Below, piece by piece: positions 1 to 13,300 of a stretch of 64,000 bases of DNA. The notes beneath the pieces are model-generated. The model did no database searches and was not told the DNA's origin. It was given only the letters and a program-made list of their open reading frames with translations. Both the position numbers and the translations under genes were made by a program. The first letter of the stretch is position 1. Each line of letters starts with the position of its first letter. Location of the stretch: assembly GCA_963514005.1 (NCBI GenBank), contig OY740814.1, positions 12,276,001 through 12,340,000 on the forward strand, read 5' to 3'. This DNA comes from Raja brachyura. Taxonomy: Eukaryota.

Positions 1-845
1 ATGAAACTAGGGATAGACCTTTCACCCCCACCAGCCTCCGCATCCAACACTTTCTCCCACCACATTCTGTGCCGTTCCCACTGCCATTCACATCTTTCCA
101 TCCCAACCTTTTTCACTTTCCACAGAGACCACTCCCTCCACAACTCTGTGGTTTGTGACTCCCTTCCCCAGGCTTTCCCCTGTAACACCTATCCCTACTC
201 CTCTCTCTCACTTCCATCCAGGAACCCCAGCTGCCCTTCCATGTGTGACAGAAGCTCACGTGCACCACCTGCAACCATGTCTACTGCGCAAAGTGCTCCC
301 AGTGTGACCTCCTTTATACCAGCAGAGCAAGCATAGACTAGGCAACCATTCCTCAAACGTGATTTGGGGGGGGTGGGGTGGAAGTGGTATGGTTAGTCTT
401 GGAGGATGGGCAACAGAATCCATGGTAGAAACTGGTACAGCAGCACTTCCTATTCTGCTCGGGGTAGCCTTCAACCCAATGGTATGAATATTGAATTCTT
501 ATTTCTTGTAATACACCCTCTGTGTCCTCTGTCCCGCACACACTGTCTCCCACCACCCTAGTTGCCCTACTCCTTTCCCCTCTGCCCTTCTATTCCCAAG
601 TCCCATATTAGCTTTTTATCCCTGCTCTTTCTCCATCCCCTGGTCCTTCCACCCATATCCCTCTCTCTGACCACATATCACTACTCCTTTCCTTATCTGA
701 CACCCATTTGTCTCATTTTTGCCTGTAGCCCTTTGTCACTCATTCTACTCCACTCATCTGCCAGTTGCCCTCACCTCTTTACCAACTTCTCCCCCAGTCT
801 GAAGAAGGGTCCCAACCCAAAACATGGCCTGTATTTCCCTATTGC
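1..845 (+). mobile_element. Degenerate Penelope-like 3' fragment
   Basis: Decayed similarity to the linker/EN region at ~50050-50360 and to the tail motif CTGAAGAAGGGTCCCAACCCAAAAC at 799. Confidence 0.65.
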
Positions 846-3092
846 TTATGATATTGTATCATATGACAGTGTATTGACAGGAAATTAATTTAAACCTCAT
901 GAATAGTTTCCTGTAATTGATCCAATTAATATGGATTAAAAACTACAATTGCATTACATGAAAGATCCACAATCAGAAACTGCCCCTTTTTTGGACTCCT
1001 AAACGTTTCTCTAGATGAATAGCCCAAATTTCTGATTCCCAAACGCCACCTGCTTTATCACACATTTTGATAATTTGTTTTAAACTGCAGTAGATGCACT
1101 GAATTGTATGCAAATGTATTCAATTCATGGCAATGGAAGGTGCAGAAGATTAATTTATCGTTGTAAGCATTGCCCTGGGTGTCTCATTTTCACATTCTAA
1201 TCTCTTGTGGCACAAGTTGGATATTTATTAATTGTGGTAAAATCAAAGGAGCTCAAGTAGATCTTAAAAGTTGTTTTTTATAATGAAATGGTTCCCATTG
1301 TCAGTTTTGCAGCTGGTGTAACAATGTAACAGTTTGATGGGAACTGAGAAGTCTGACATTAGCCTGAAATCATATTGCAGTTTCAACCTTGAAGATGAAA
1401 CTGGATGCTCTCACTGAATTTAACATGAATATTATTACTTTATATATCCACTTTAAAATGCTCCTAAACAATATAATTGAATAACATTGGCCATGGGTTT
1501 TCTTGATGGAGTAAAATTGCACAGTTAGAAACAATTAGATCTTAACTTAAGATTTGTTTTCATTATTTTGTGGATGGACATTTATTGAATGATTTCAGCT
1601 GTTATTCAGAGAAGGCATAGAGTTCAGGTAATTGGCAAAAGATCTTGAAGTTGTACAAGTTGTGTGGGATAAAACCATTGTTCCCTTATAATGAATGTGC
1701 TGCCTGATAGTGGAAAGAAATAGAATAGTAACATTCAAAATGAGATCACTACAACTAGTTGAAGGGGGAAATTTAAGAGGACTGTGGTGAGTGAGCAGGA
1801 TGGGAGCCGGATTGATTGGGTAGTGTCTTCCCAATAAGCAATAAAGATGCATTGCTCCTTACTGCCTGCTGTGCTTATCACCCCGATATCATTGGGTGTG
1901 TGTCAGGATAGCATACATTATATAATGTTCTGTAGAATCATATTTTATTACTAAATATAGAATTGGGGATATCTGTTTAAGCAAGATCATTTTATATTAG
2001 TCAATCTAACATAGCATGTGGTAGAAACAATTTCCCAGTCATAAATGCGTGGCATAGTGTAGTAAACATAGACTCACTTAGTAAACATAACCCCACTTAT
2101 CAAGTTTTGCTTCTGTTGAAATCAGTGGAACTAAATCTCGGAATCAGCACTCGGGGCAAACGCCTTATTGCATGTTTCATCGTACTTCTCCAATCCCAAT
2201 GTCTTAACCTTTCTGCCAGAAAACTCATTGTTTTTTCTCCAGATCTGTTGCCCCCTATCTTTGCTGCACCATCGCCATCTGTTCCAGAGCACCATGTACG
2301 TGTCTCTCAAAGGGGTCTGATTATCAACAAAGCCAGGAGATGTGAACCGATTCACACACTCTGAATACCGTGCACTGTGTGTTTTTTAAACTCCCGAAGA
2401 AAACAATTTTTTCCATTGCACTTTTCTTGCTGTGCCTCGTACGTTAAATAAGCTTCAATTATTTTCTGTGAGATTTTATTGTGTACATTTGCATCCTAAG
2501 ATGTAAAATGTATGCCCAAATGTAAGTCTTCTACCAGCCATTGTGGTGCAACTTGCCATCTTAAAGGTTGTTTATTTCTCTTTTTTATCTCTCAACTGCT
2601 GCATCCAAGAAGAGAAATTTGTTTTAGAATAGAAAAATTGATACTAAATTATTTGCTTGCTGTTGACTGGTGGAACAGGACTAAAGGGCCGAATAGCTCA
2701 CGCATGCATCCTACTGCCCTCATCTGCCTGGCAGTGATTCAGCTTGTATAGATGTCTCAAAGGTTTCTGATAGCTGGGGACTGCTTTTCTAAAAGCCAAG
2801 CTCCTGGTAGGTCTACTAACAATGTCTTGTCTCTAAATTGTCATCAGAGGATTTTGAATTCTGTATCTGTCCCAGCCCGAAAATGGCAACTCTAGACCCA
2901 GGGAGTTTTCCTGGCAAATGTTGACCTAATCAAATTGTTTCATTTGGTGACTGATTAGGGTTCATAATCTGTTATTTAGTTTTAAGCCAATGATGATGGT
3001 GGGATGCCTGACATATTACCTTGCCCGTGTCAAACTGTCCTGGACCTTTTAATAATTGGCTCATTGTTAGTTTGTCTCTCACACCATTCTTA

Positions 3093-3607
3093 AGGGGCTG
3101 TTCCACTGCGGCAACCTAATTGGCGAGTTTAGAAGAGTTTGAATAAATGTCATGTTGAAGACTTCCTTCGACTATGTAGAAGACCTCCTTCAACTATGTT
3201 GAAGACTAGCTTCAGGAAAATTGGACTCCGAATAATGGAAGTGAAGACTACCTCCTTCGACCTCCTTTCGACTATGTTGAAGACTATCTACGCTTACCTT
3301 TGACTACTCTGGATTACCTACGACTAACACGCAGACCTACCACGACCTACTTCGACTGAACCTACGGGTAAAAAAAGTATTGTTTTTTTTTTACCATGGC
3401 AACCTTTTTTTACTCTCGGGCATTTTTCAACATGTTGAAAAATACGCTGCGACCTAGCTGAGGCCTCGAGTACGGGAGGACTACTCTCGAGCATGAAGGA
3501 GAGTTACAAAGACCTCCTAGGACCTCGTGTCAACCGTGCTGCGAGTATGAGTTGAGGGCAAAGTCGCCAGAACTCGCAGATTAGGTCGCCGCAGTGGGAC
3601 AGGCCCC
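3093..3607. mobile_element. PIF/Harbinger-like MITE
   Basis: TIRs AGGGGCTGTTCCACTGCGGCAACCTAAT / ATTAGGTCGCCGCAGTGGGACAGGCCCC; TTA on both flanks; internal TTCGACTATGTTGAAGAC subrepeats. Confidence 0.8.
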
Positions 3608-4602
3608 TTACCTTTGAATAAGTCAAGTCCCATTTCAGGGTCGTGAACGAATATTTCTGGCTAAAACTCAGTAATAAGGAGTAACTGAATACAATCCAGA
3701 AGGATACAACCAAATATGAAGTTTTCAAAAAAAGTGAAGTTTTCGCGATAACTAAAATTTCTTTCATTCCTTTTTACTTTTCCTGCAGTCTGGCAAAAAG
3801 CAATATCGTTTTTTGCGTTCCATGGTCCATTTCATAGATTAATGCTAAATTTGTTTAAATTGAGGATGAGGAAGTATTGTATGTAATTTGTATGCATATT
3901 GCAAAGTACTGTTATGCTTTGTATACTTCATGTTGGTCAAATTGGGTTTTTTTTCTTTGTAAATGCAGAATAGCTTTGGCTTGACCTGCTCGAATTACCC
4001 ACTGTAATAGTCATCTGTTAATGTTCTAATTCAGAGTGTTTGTTGTGAATGTGGAAAGAAGTATCTCATTCCTCATTGAAATCTTATATTGATTTCTGTG
4101 CCGTACATCTCGTTCAACAGCTGCTGTTCTGGAGCATGTGAGCAAACCCTGTAATGGATAGATGAATCTACCCACGGTCCTTTCACAGTGGCAGTGTAAA
4201 ATGCTGCTACATATGGACAACCTTAACTGATTGTAAATCTGATTAGTATTGGCTAGTTCTTGGCTTTCATCTCACAGGAAGCTAATTGTGTTATATAAGG
4301 GAATCTGACAAGAGACTTGTTTAAGCAATAGTGCTTCAGTGGCATTGTGCTAAGACAAAAGCAAGCTGCATTTTACATTCACAGTAAAATCGGGTGCATT
4401 AGCAACCCTAAAAGTGTAAAACGCCATTAAGTTTCCTCCATAAATTTTCTGTTAAAATAAACATTTTTTTTTAAATGACAGATTTGGTTTTCAACTTTGA
4501 TTCCGGCAAGTTCAACTTTGAATTGGCGAATATATTTCTGACATATTCATCTTGCACTGAGCTTTCTTGTCATTTTGCTGAACCCAACTATGACTACTAA
4601 GA

Positions 4603-4751
4603 GGGTTACACAAAAAGCTGGAGAAACTCAGCGGGTGCAGCAGCATCTAAGGAGTGAAGGAGATAGGCGACGTTTCGGGTCGAGACCCTTCTTCAGACCC
4701 TTCTTCTTGTGTAACCCTCGATTCTCCAGCATCTGCAGTTCCTTCTTTAAC
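4603..4751. mobile_element. Fold-back Penelope tail-only insertion
   Basis: 16-bp TSD ACTATGACTACTAAGA at 4587-4602 and 4752-4767; reverse tail followed by the forward tail end. Confidence 0.82.
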
Positions 4752-4784
4752 ACTATGACTACTAAGATGTATTTTGAATTGATT

Positions 4785-5272
4785 GGTAGGAAAGAACTGC
4801 AGATGCTGGTTTAAATCAAAATGCTGGAGTAACTCAACGGGAGAGGAAGCATCTTTGGAGGGAAGGAATGGGTGACGTTTCGGGTCGAGACCCTTCAGAC
4901 TGATGTCGTGAGTGGGCGGGGCAGAAATAGAATGTAGTCGGAAACTGTAAGACTGGTGGGAGAACTGGGAAGGGGGAGGGGATGGGGAGAGGGAAAGCAG
5001 GAAGAGAAGGGGTGGGGGGGGGGGGGAGAAGAGAGTTAAAGTGCTGAGCAACCGGGAGATCAGGCAGATTAAGGCAGACTGAGCGGAGGTGTTCAGCAAA
5101 ACGAGCGCCAAGCCTGCACTTGGTCTCGCCAATGTACAGGAGTTGACACCTGGAACATCGGATTTAGTAGATGAGGTTGGAAGAGGTGCGAGTGAACCCC
5201 TGCCTCACCTGGAAAGACTGTCGGGGTCCTTGGATGGGTCGAGGGGGGAGGTAAATGGACAGGTGTTGCATT
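4785..5272 (-). mobile_element. Penelope-like 3' fragment (GIY-YIG remnant + tail)
   Basis: The reverse complement matches 50180-50420 (YIGET and RFAEHLRSV codons) and the tail. Confidence 0.8.
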
Positions 5273-7175
5273 TGAATGATACTGTTCAGCTGTTATGGCA
5301 TGAAGTTGTTTTTGTCAATGCTTCATCCTCATAATGGACATTTTGTATTTGGGGTAAAAGTTTCTCAGAAACATTTCACCCTCGAGCACCTCCACCAAAG
5401 AGGCAATTGTTCATGTGTGTGTGTTTTCATAGTGAATGTCAATAAACTCTTCAGCCTTTGAAGCGTCACAGTTATTTCTGCTTCAGCGTTTGTTGTGTAG
5501 ATATGCATCCAGCATGGTCACTGCATGGAGACTGGGAATAGGAATCCTGGCCCAACTCTTTCTGGCGTGACCCATCAGTATTGAGTTCAATTATATTGAC
5601 CAGTAATTGCTCCCCTCATAAATTTACAACATACTAAGGATCTTTCTCACTTTTATTAGTGTGGATACTTGTAGGACAAACTCTCTGGGCTCTTGAGTAA
5701 GGTGCCTTGCAAGATGCTGTAACTGTATTTCTGTTGAAACTGATTATTTTTTTTTGGCAGTGCTGATTCAGGAATAATTGTTATTTTTTTTTCCCCCTTG
5801 TAAATTGTGTGCACCTTTTCACCAAGACGGATGATTGATTTCTGACATTTATTACACCCCCTACGGGTTGGTTGATTATTAACTGGTCGCAATCTGTAGT
5901 TTTTACCCATTGATTAGATTTTGAGTTTCTTTAATCCTTAAGAGTTTGTATTGATCTATAAAACGTGTCTCTCTTTATGTAGAATTAATTCCTCTGTACA
6001 TATTGATCAGTTACAAATTTTGCAGAGGTGTGAAATTTTTATGAGCCCTAATGTTGTTGGGGTTAGTAACACGCTTGTATGGGTTGTGTGGCAAGGCTCA
6101 GAAAGATCATTTATCCTGAGGGAAGTTTTGTCATTTGTAACTCTGCAATCCTGAAAGAGTTTGGAGTTCCTTTCAGGTCCTGGAGTGTGAGAAATGACTC
6201 TCCTCACCAGGATCCTTTCAATTGCTGCTGGCAAAAACATCTGTGAGATGGTCACCACTTGTAATAGATAAGTCAGTCTCACATTAGTGCAGTCCATCAT
6301 GTCAACTAAATGAGCAAGCTACCACAGGACTTATTTAGATTTCACAGCAAACATATCTGTCAAGATATTTTGCATGTGTTCAGTTTTACAGTGGTGGACT
6401 ATGTTACGGAAGTCTGTTTGTAGAAATAATGTCTACTAAATGCTGATGTCTGTATGCAGTTTACAGTGGCAGAAGAAAGTTGGAAGAACATTAGTCATCT
6501 TGGTTTCAAATAAGTTTTAGATCTATTTTTGACTGTTATAGAAATCTCACAGGATGAAAATTTTGTATGGGGGGGTGGGGGGGGTGGTAGTGGCTCGGAA
6601 GTATGGATGGGTTCAGAGGTTGTATATAAATGTGTTTTTTAAAAAGGCCCAGAAATTTAATTTTAAGTGAATTATTAATTAATACATAATATAAACAGAT
6701 ATAATATCAACATTATTGGACAAGTGATTGTGTTGAAGACAAATCCTTGAGTACCTCTGGTAGGATTAGAAAAGGGAATTCTTGGTTCTTAAACGGCTTG
6801 AGAAATGTTTCCCAGATCCGCTCTTTTTAAAATCATTCACTTAAACACCTGTTTTGATTAACCTTTTGTGTGAGTACACGTTTTGTGAATGCTCGGATAC
6901 TGTAACCAGCTGTAAACGTTGCTTCAGAGTTGGAGGGGAGTGATTTTGAACTTTATTTGAAAAATAGTTTGTGAGATGTATTCATATAAACTTTAATCCA
7001 ACAGAATCATTTCAAAAATCAACCTTTCTGGTTCTCATTGTCTTATGATCGTGGGGGGGTGTGTATTAGGAAATATTTTGTGAACCTTCCTACAAATGCA
7101 GAGATTTTAGTTTTCTCAGAGGTTTCATTTCTTCTTGTGACTGAATTTGTAAACTGGATGTTGCTTTTGTTTCAG

Positions 7176-7320
7176 GCATGTCTCCGTTTGAGGTTCAGCC
7201 GGTGCCCACGGTCGTGAGGGAAGGAGAAGTGGCTCGGTTTATCTGTAAGATTCATGCAATTCCACCACCAATCATAACCTGGGAATTCAACCGGACAACA
7301 CTACCCCTCGCTTCCGACAG
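7176..7320 (+). CDS. PRTG: PRTG exon (~3), Ig2 N-half, 145 nt
   Basis: ttcag|GC ATG ... GAC AG|gtatta; [48 protein letters not shown]. Confidence 0.93.
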
Positions 7321-10300
7321 GTATTATTTGCGGGAAATCTACAATTTCCATCAAATTGTGAAAAGCTAAAATCTGCATAATTAAAGCTACTGTAATGTAC
7401 AGTAAAACTAAAATTAACTGGCGTTCTCTGGACTGTGGGTGCAGGGCTGACTGGCCAATTGGATGTTAATTCTACTAATACACCAATGTGTTTTAATGTC
7501 ACTCTTTTGCACGGTGCACAGTGGTATTTGTAAAACTTTTGAGTGAACTTTTAGTGAGAAACAGGCTGTAAATTTTTGCTTGTTAAAATAAACAAACACT
7601 TTAGTCCCTGGGCTCCAGCTGTAATCCTGCCCATGTGTCTGACCCCCTGGTGTGTGTGTGTGTGTGTGCTGGACCCCAACCCCACCTTTGCCATGTGCTC
7701 TGTTTGTCCACCCGTCTCTGCTTGCACTCGGGACCCCGAGTTGCTGACTAGAAAAATGAAGGAACCAAATGACAAACCAACAGAATTTTTGAACAATTAG
7801 ACTGGAGTAACATAATTTGAATATAATAATTATACTACTTCTGCGCAATTTTGCTTTTGTTTCAATTGCAGTTTCGTTTTTTAGTTTAGTGATACAGGCC
7901 CTTCGGCCCACCGTGTCCGCACCGACCTGCAACCCCCGCACATTAACACTATCCTTATACACACTAGGGACAATTTACACTTGTACCAAGCCAATCAACC
8001 TACAAACCTGTACGTCTTTGCAGTGTGGGCGGAAACTGAAGATTCTCTGAGAAAACCCATGTGGTCACAGGAAGAAAGTACAAACTGCATACAGTCAGCA
8101 CCCATAGCCTGGTTCAAACCCGGGTCTCTGCCGCTACAAGCACTGTAAGGCAGCACCTCTACCGCTGAGCCACCATGCTGCCATTTCTATTGTTAATAAA
8201 ATGAAATTTTGCTCAGTAGCCTGAATCATTGCCATTGTCATTACATTGTACTGTTGTCGTGTAAATCTGCATGTTCAGTGACTTGTTTTAGAAGACTAAA
8301 TTCCTCTTCTCAGGATAACTGTGCTGCCGACAGGAGTCCTTCAGATCTATGGTGTTGATAAACAACACACCGGACAGTATCGTTGTGTAGCGACCAACAT
8401 CGCAAATAGGCGGAGAAGTGCGGAAGCCATTTTAACAGTTGTTCCAGGTAAATGATTGAGATGTCTTTCTTCCAACATAGTTTCCAGTAATTGGTTCCCA
8501 TTAGATTTCCCGTTGAACTTTTTATATCTGAAGATAATTGTTCCATCTTTCTCTAAGTCTGCATGTGCATTATGTGCCAGGCAGCGATTCAATAGATGAG
8601 TGCAAGTTATGTTTAACCATAGATGTGTTAAGAATATGGCAGTGGGACTCATCAGCATAGCCTTGGCCCGCTAATGCCAAACACATTCAAGATGTCATTG
8701 GTTTTCAGTCAAATTTCCAAAACTATGGACAATTATGCTTTTACTGAAATAGGTGGAATGTTGTGTTTAAGGTGGAATTGGCTCCCTCTCTGATTTGGAA
8801 GAAAATAGTGCTTAGAATCTGCACAAGAGTTTTTTTCACACAATTAAAGTGACCAATTTTCCATAGCTATGATCATATTGCCAATGGGGCTACCCGATTT
8901 ATTGTTCCAGTTCAAGTTGGTACTTGAATTGTGATAATGGTACTTGCTGTTAACACTTTAAAAAAAATCATTTGGGGTTCCATTATATTATAAGGAAAAA
9001 GGAAGACGTTTTATGTAGGATCACTCATGGTACTTGATTTGATTGGATCCAATGGTTCTTTTGCCATTTCCTGGGGATCTTGATGCTACTTGGTAATTTT
9101 CATGAATTAGTGGTTGTTTAAATATATATATATCTCCTTAACACCTATTTCAATTTTAACAAGTTTTTTTTCTAACTTTGCTTTGGTGGGGTTTGGAATT
9201 CTATGGGAAATATCTATGACTGCCATTGATCATTTATCACTGATTTGTCACTGACAGCATGGGAGCCCAAGTCATTGCAGAAACCAGTGATAATTGCAGG
9301 TCCCCAAAATATCACTGTGCCTGTACATCAAACAGCAATGCTGGAATGTGTTGCCATTGGTTCGCCCAAGCCCCTCGTGTCCTGGAGTCGTTTTGGTGAG
9401 TTTCCATTTCCTGTCTTTCTATCGATTGATTGATACTTTATTGTCACATATTCTCAGTACAGTAAATGTTTTGCATACAACACACAAGGATGCAAAGAGT
9501 TGCTATGTATAGGGTGCTGACAAAGTCACAAAGGTATTCAGTATAGTCCCAATGGTTCCTCTTCCATCTCCACGCTAGGTCCCACTCTATTCTCGGCGCC
9601 TCCCCATGCCGGGGCCCTCTTTGTTCTGTTCCTTTCGCTGCCAATATTTAAAAATCATAACACAATGGTTAAATTAGTTTGGAGTGCTGTGGGACACAAG
9701 AGACTACATTGGTCGTAAGGTCATAAGGAATAGGAGTAGAATGAGGCCATTTGACCCAACAAGTCAACTCCGCCATTGAATCATGGCTGATCTATCTCTC
9801 CCTCCTTCTCCCCATAACCCCTGACACCTGTACTAATCACGAACAAGAGCAAGATTGCTGGGATCTTGTGTAAAAAAACACGGTGCAACACAGCGGGTCA
9901 GGCGGCATCTGTGGAAGGAAATGGACAGATGATTCGGGTTTGAAAAAGAGTCCTGACCTAAAATATCGTCTAGCTATTTCTCTCTACAGATGCTGCTTGA
10001 CCCACTGAGTTCCTCCATTGGTTTGTTTTAATTTTTTGCCTAAAATATTGTGATTCATGTGACCATGAATCAATATTTAACAGGCAATAATATTAAAAGA
10101 TGCTTTATTTTCCATGCTGATCACTTTAAACACCCAATGAGTTGCAAATCTGTGGAATTCACTGCCATAGAAGGCAGTGGAAACCAATTCAATGGATGTT
10201 TTCAAGAGAGTTAGATTTAGCTCTTGGGGCTAAAGGAATCCGGGGATATGGGGGAAAGAGCAGGAATGGGGGTACTCATTTTAGATCAGCCATAATCATA

Positions 10301-13300
10301 TTGATTGGTGGTGCTGGCTCGAAGGGCTGAATGGCCTACTCCTGCACCTATTTTCTATGTTTCTAAATGTGTTTAACATTTACTTCGTCATTGCTATTAT
10401 AGTTTGATTTCCATCCAAATTATCAAATTTTAATGGTTCGTGCATTTAAATTTCCAAACAGATCACAGGTCTATTGATGTCTTCAATACTCGTGTTCTGG
10501 GGAACGGGAATCTGATGATATCGGATGTGAAGGTTCAACATGCTGGAATATATGTGTGTCGGGCCACCACACCTGGCACACGCAACTACACTGTTGCAAC
10601 AGCTATGCTTACAGTGCTGGGTAAGATAACAAACACACCATGATAAAGATTCTAGTTTTACGTAAATGAATTTGTGTGGTTTTTTTTTTAAAGGTGCTTA
10701 CCACTGTTCTTTTGAACGAACTTAACAATATAAGTATGCTCATAATTTAAATAAGTTAAAAATTATACAATGTTTATCCTCTATATATAACAGCATTGAA
10801 CCAGTCTTTCAGAAATATCCCTTTATGTGCAGAGAATTGGGTTGGCGTCACCATTGATTTATGGATAAACAGGAAAATTGAGTCAGAATGTCATGAAGAA
10901 CAGTCAATTAATATTTTTGGTGTGATTGGTTGAGGGAGGGGTATTGGCCTGGGAAAGCCCCCTACTTCACTTCAGATAGTGTCATACATCCATTAGAGAA
11001 ACTGAAGAGAGAGTGCTTTGACTGTACAGTACTCCCTTTAGTACTGCACAAATGCTTTGCTCTAGATTATGTGCTCAGTCTCAGAAATGAGGGCACAGCC
11101 ATCCAAGCCAAGTTGACAGGAGTGGTATTTTGTTTACTGTTATTTACAAAAAGAGCAAAGCTTTTTAAAAGGTAATGAAATGGAGCTGGTATCCATGAAA
11201 GAATGTGGACGAACACAGTGGACATTCCATAAGGGACTGGTGAATAGTGGGATGATAACTAACTGAAGCTACTGAATTACCTTGGTTTGTGTGAAAGGCT
11301 TTGGTAGATAATGAAAAGAAAACACGAAACCTATATTGAAACAAAACACCAGAATCTTGTTCATTAGCATTGTCCTTGATACATGTTTAGCCACTCATGT
11401 GTTCCCTTTTGTTTCTTTTTGATCCATTTGTGGTTCTGATTTGGATGTGAAAGATAAGGTGTCTAGAGGCAATTTATAGTTTTTTTTTAACACATTTTAT
11501 TTGTTAGTGAACATTATCAAAATGAAGAATGCTACTACTGTGCAAGATGAAACGCTTATCTAATTTGGGCGCAAGGTAACAGCATGAAAAACGTCAGTGT
11601 GGTTTAGCATAGTTAGTTACACAATAATGATTAGTTACACAATAATGACCAGTCTGAAGAAGGCGACGTTTCGGGTCGAGACCCTATCTCCTTCGCCCCT
11701 TAGATGCTGCTGCACCCGCTGAGTTTCTCCAGCTTTTTGTGTAACCCAATGATCAGGTGGGAATGGTTTGAGCTTCTACAAAAGGACCAAACTTGCTATT
11801 CTGAAGCCCCCTCCATTTTAAAAAAAAAAGTCACACTGCTTTTTCTTGCTACTTTTACCTTTTGCCTGTGTCAGTTCAGCACTCCCCATCACCCCCCCCC
11901 AAAAAAAATGTGTATTTTTTGAGTGAGACACGCGACACTTTTTCCAGAGCAAAGGAAAGGTCTCAAAGATGTTTTCCATGTTGTTTGCAGCACCACCTTC
12001 CTTTGTCGAGTGGCCCGAGAGTCTGACACGCCCGCGTGCTGGTACAGCCAGGTTTATGTGTCAGGCGGAAGGTATTCCGACACCAAAAATTAGTTGGCTG
12101 AAGAACGGACAACGGATTCATTCCAATGGACGTATCAAGGTCCAGTATAGCAGGTTCGCTTTTTTGTTTTAAAAATCTTGCTAATGGAATTTTTTTTTTA
12201 AATGATGTTATTGCGTTTGAAAAATGTCTACTATTTTGTTTTTTGCCTGAAGTGTAGCTGCTTATGCAATAGTTTGGTTTGTTAAACTGCATGAACAACG
12301 GTTTAACTAGAAAATCAACTGTCTTGATTAAAAATAATCTGGGAAGTAAAAATTAAAACTCTTTTAAGCCAAATTTGAGTGACAATTTTTACCAGAACAG
12401 CTTGATTTTATATATGTATATAAATATTGTGATGGTCATCTAGCACAGAAACATGCCCTTAGGCCCAATTTGTCCACACCAAGATGCCCCATCCATGCAA
12501 ATCCCATCTGCCCATGTTTGGCCCATATCCCGCTAAACATTTTGGATCCATATCCCTGTTCAAATGTCTTAAATGTTGTTATAATACCGGCCTCAACTAC
12601 CTCTTCGGGCAGCTCATTCCTAATGCCTTCCACCCCCTGAGTGGGAAAAAGTTGCCCCTCGGGTTCCCATTAAAACGTTCTCCTCTCTGTTTAAACCTAT
12701 GTCCTCTGGTTCTTGATTCTGCTACTCTGTCTAAAAAAAATCTGAGCATTCACCCATGATTTTATACACCTCTATATACGATCACCTCTCAACTTCCTGC
12801 GCTCCAATGATATAATGTCCAAACCTGCCCAACCTCTCCCTATAGCTCAAACCCTCGAGTCCTGGCAACATCCTCGTAAATATTTTCTGTACTTTTTCCA
12901 GCTTAATGACATCCTTCTATGGTAGGGTGACCTAAACTGAACATAGTGCTCCAAATGCTGCCTCACCAACATTTTGCATACGTTTATCATAACAACATTC
13001 AATACTGTGACTGAAGAAGGAGTAGGAAAATCTACCAAAAGCTTTTTTAACTATCTTATCTACATGTGATGCCTCTTTCAGGGAACTATGTATCTGCACT
13101 CCAAGATCCTACTGCTCTACAACACTCCTCGGGGTCCTGCCTTGGTTTGACCTCCCAAAATGTATCACCTCGCACTTATCTGCATTGAACTCCATTAACC
13201 ATTCCTCAGACCACCTGCCCAGCTGATCAAGATCCTGTTGTAATTTTTGATAACCATCTTCGCTATCTACGATACCACCCACTTTAGTGTCATATGCAAA

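Noticed and set aside
4647-5132. 161-aa minus-strand ORF, and similarly 7414-7962 and 43206-43748
   Set aside because: Chance or off-frame readings through Penelope, SINE and microsatellite sequence.
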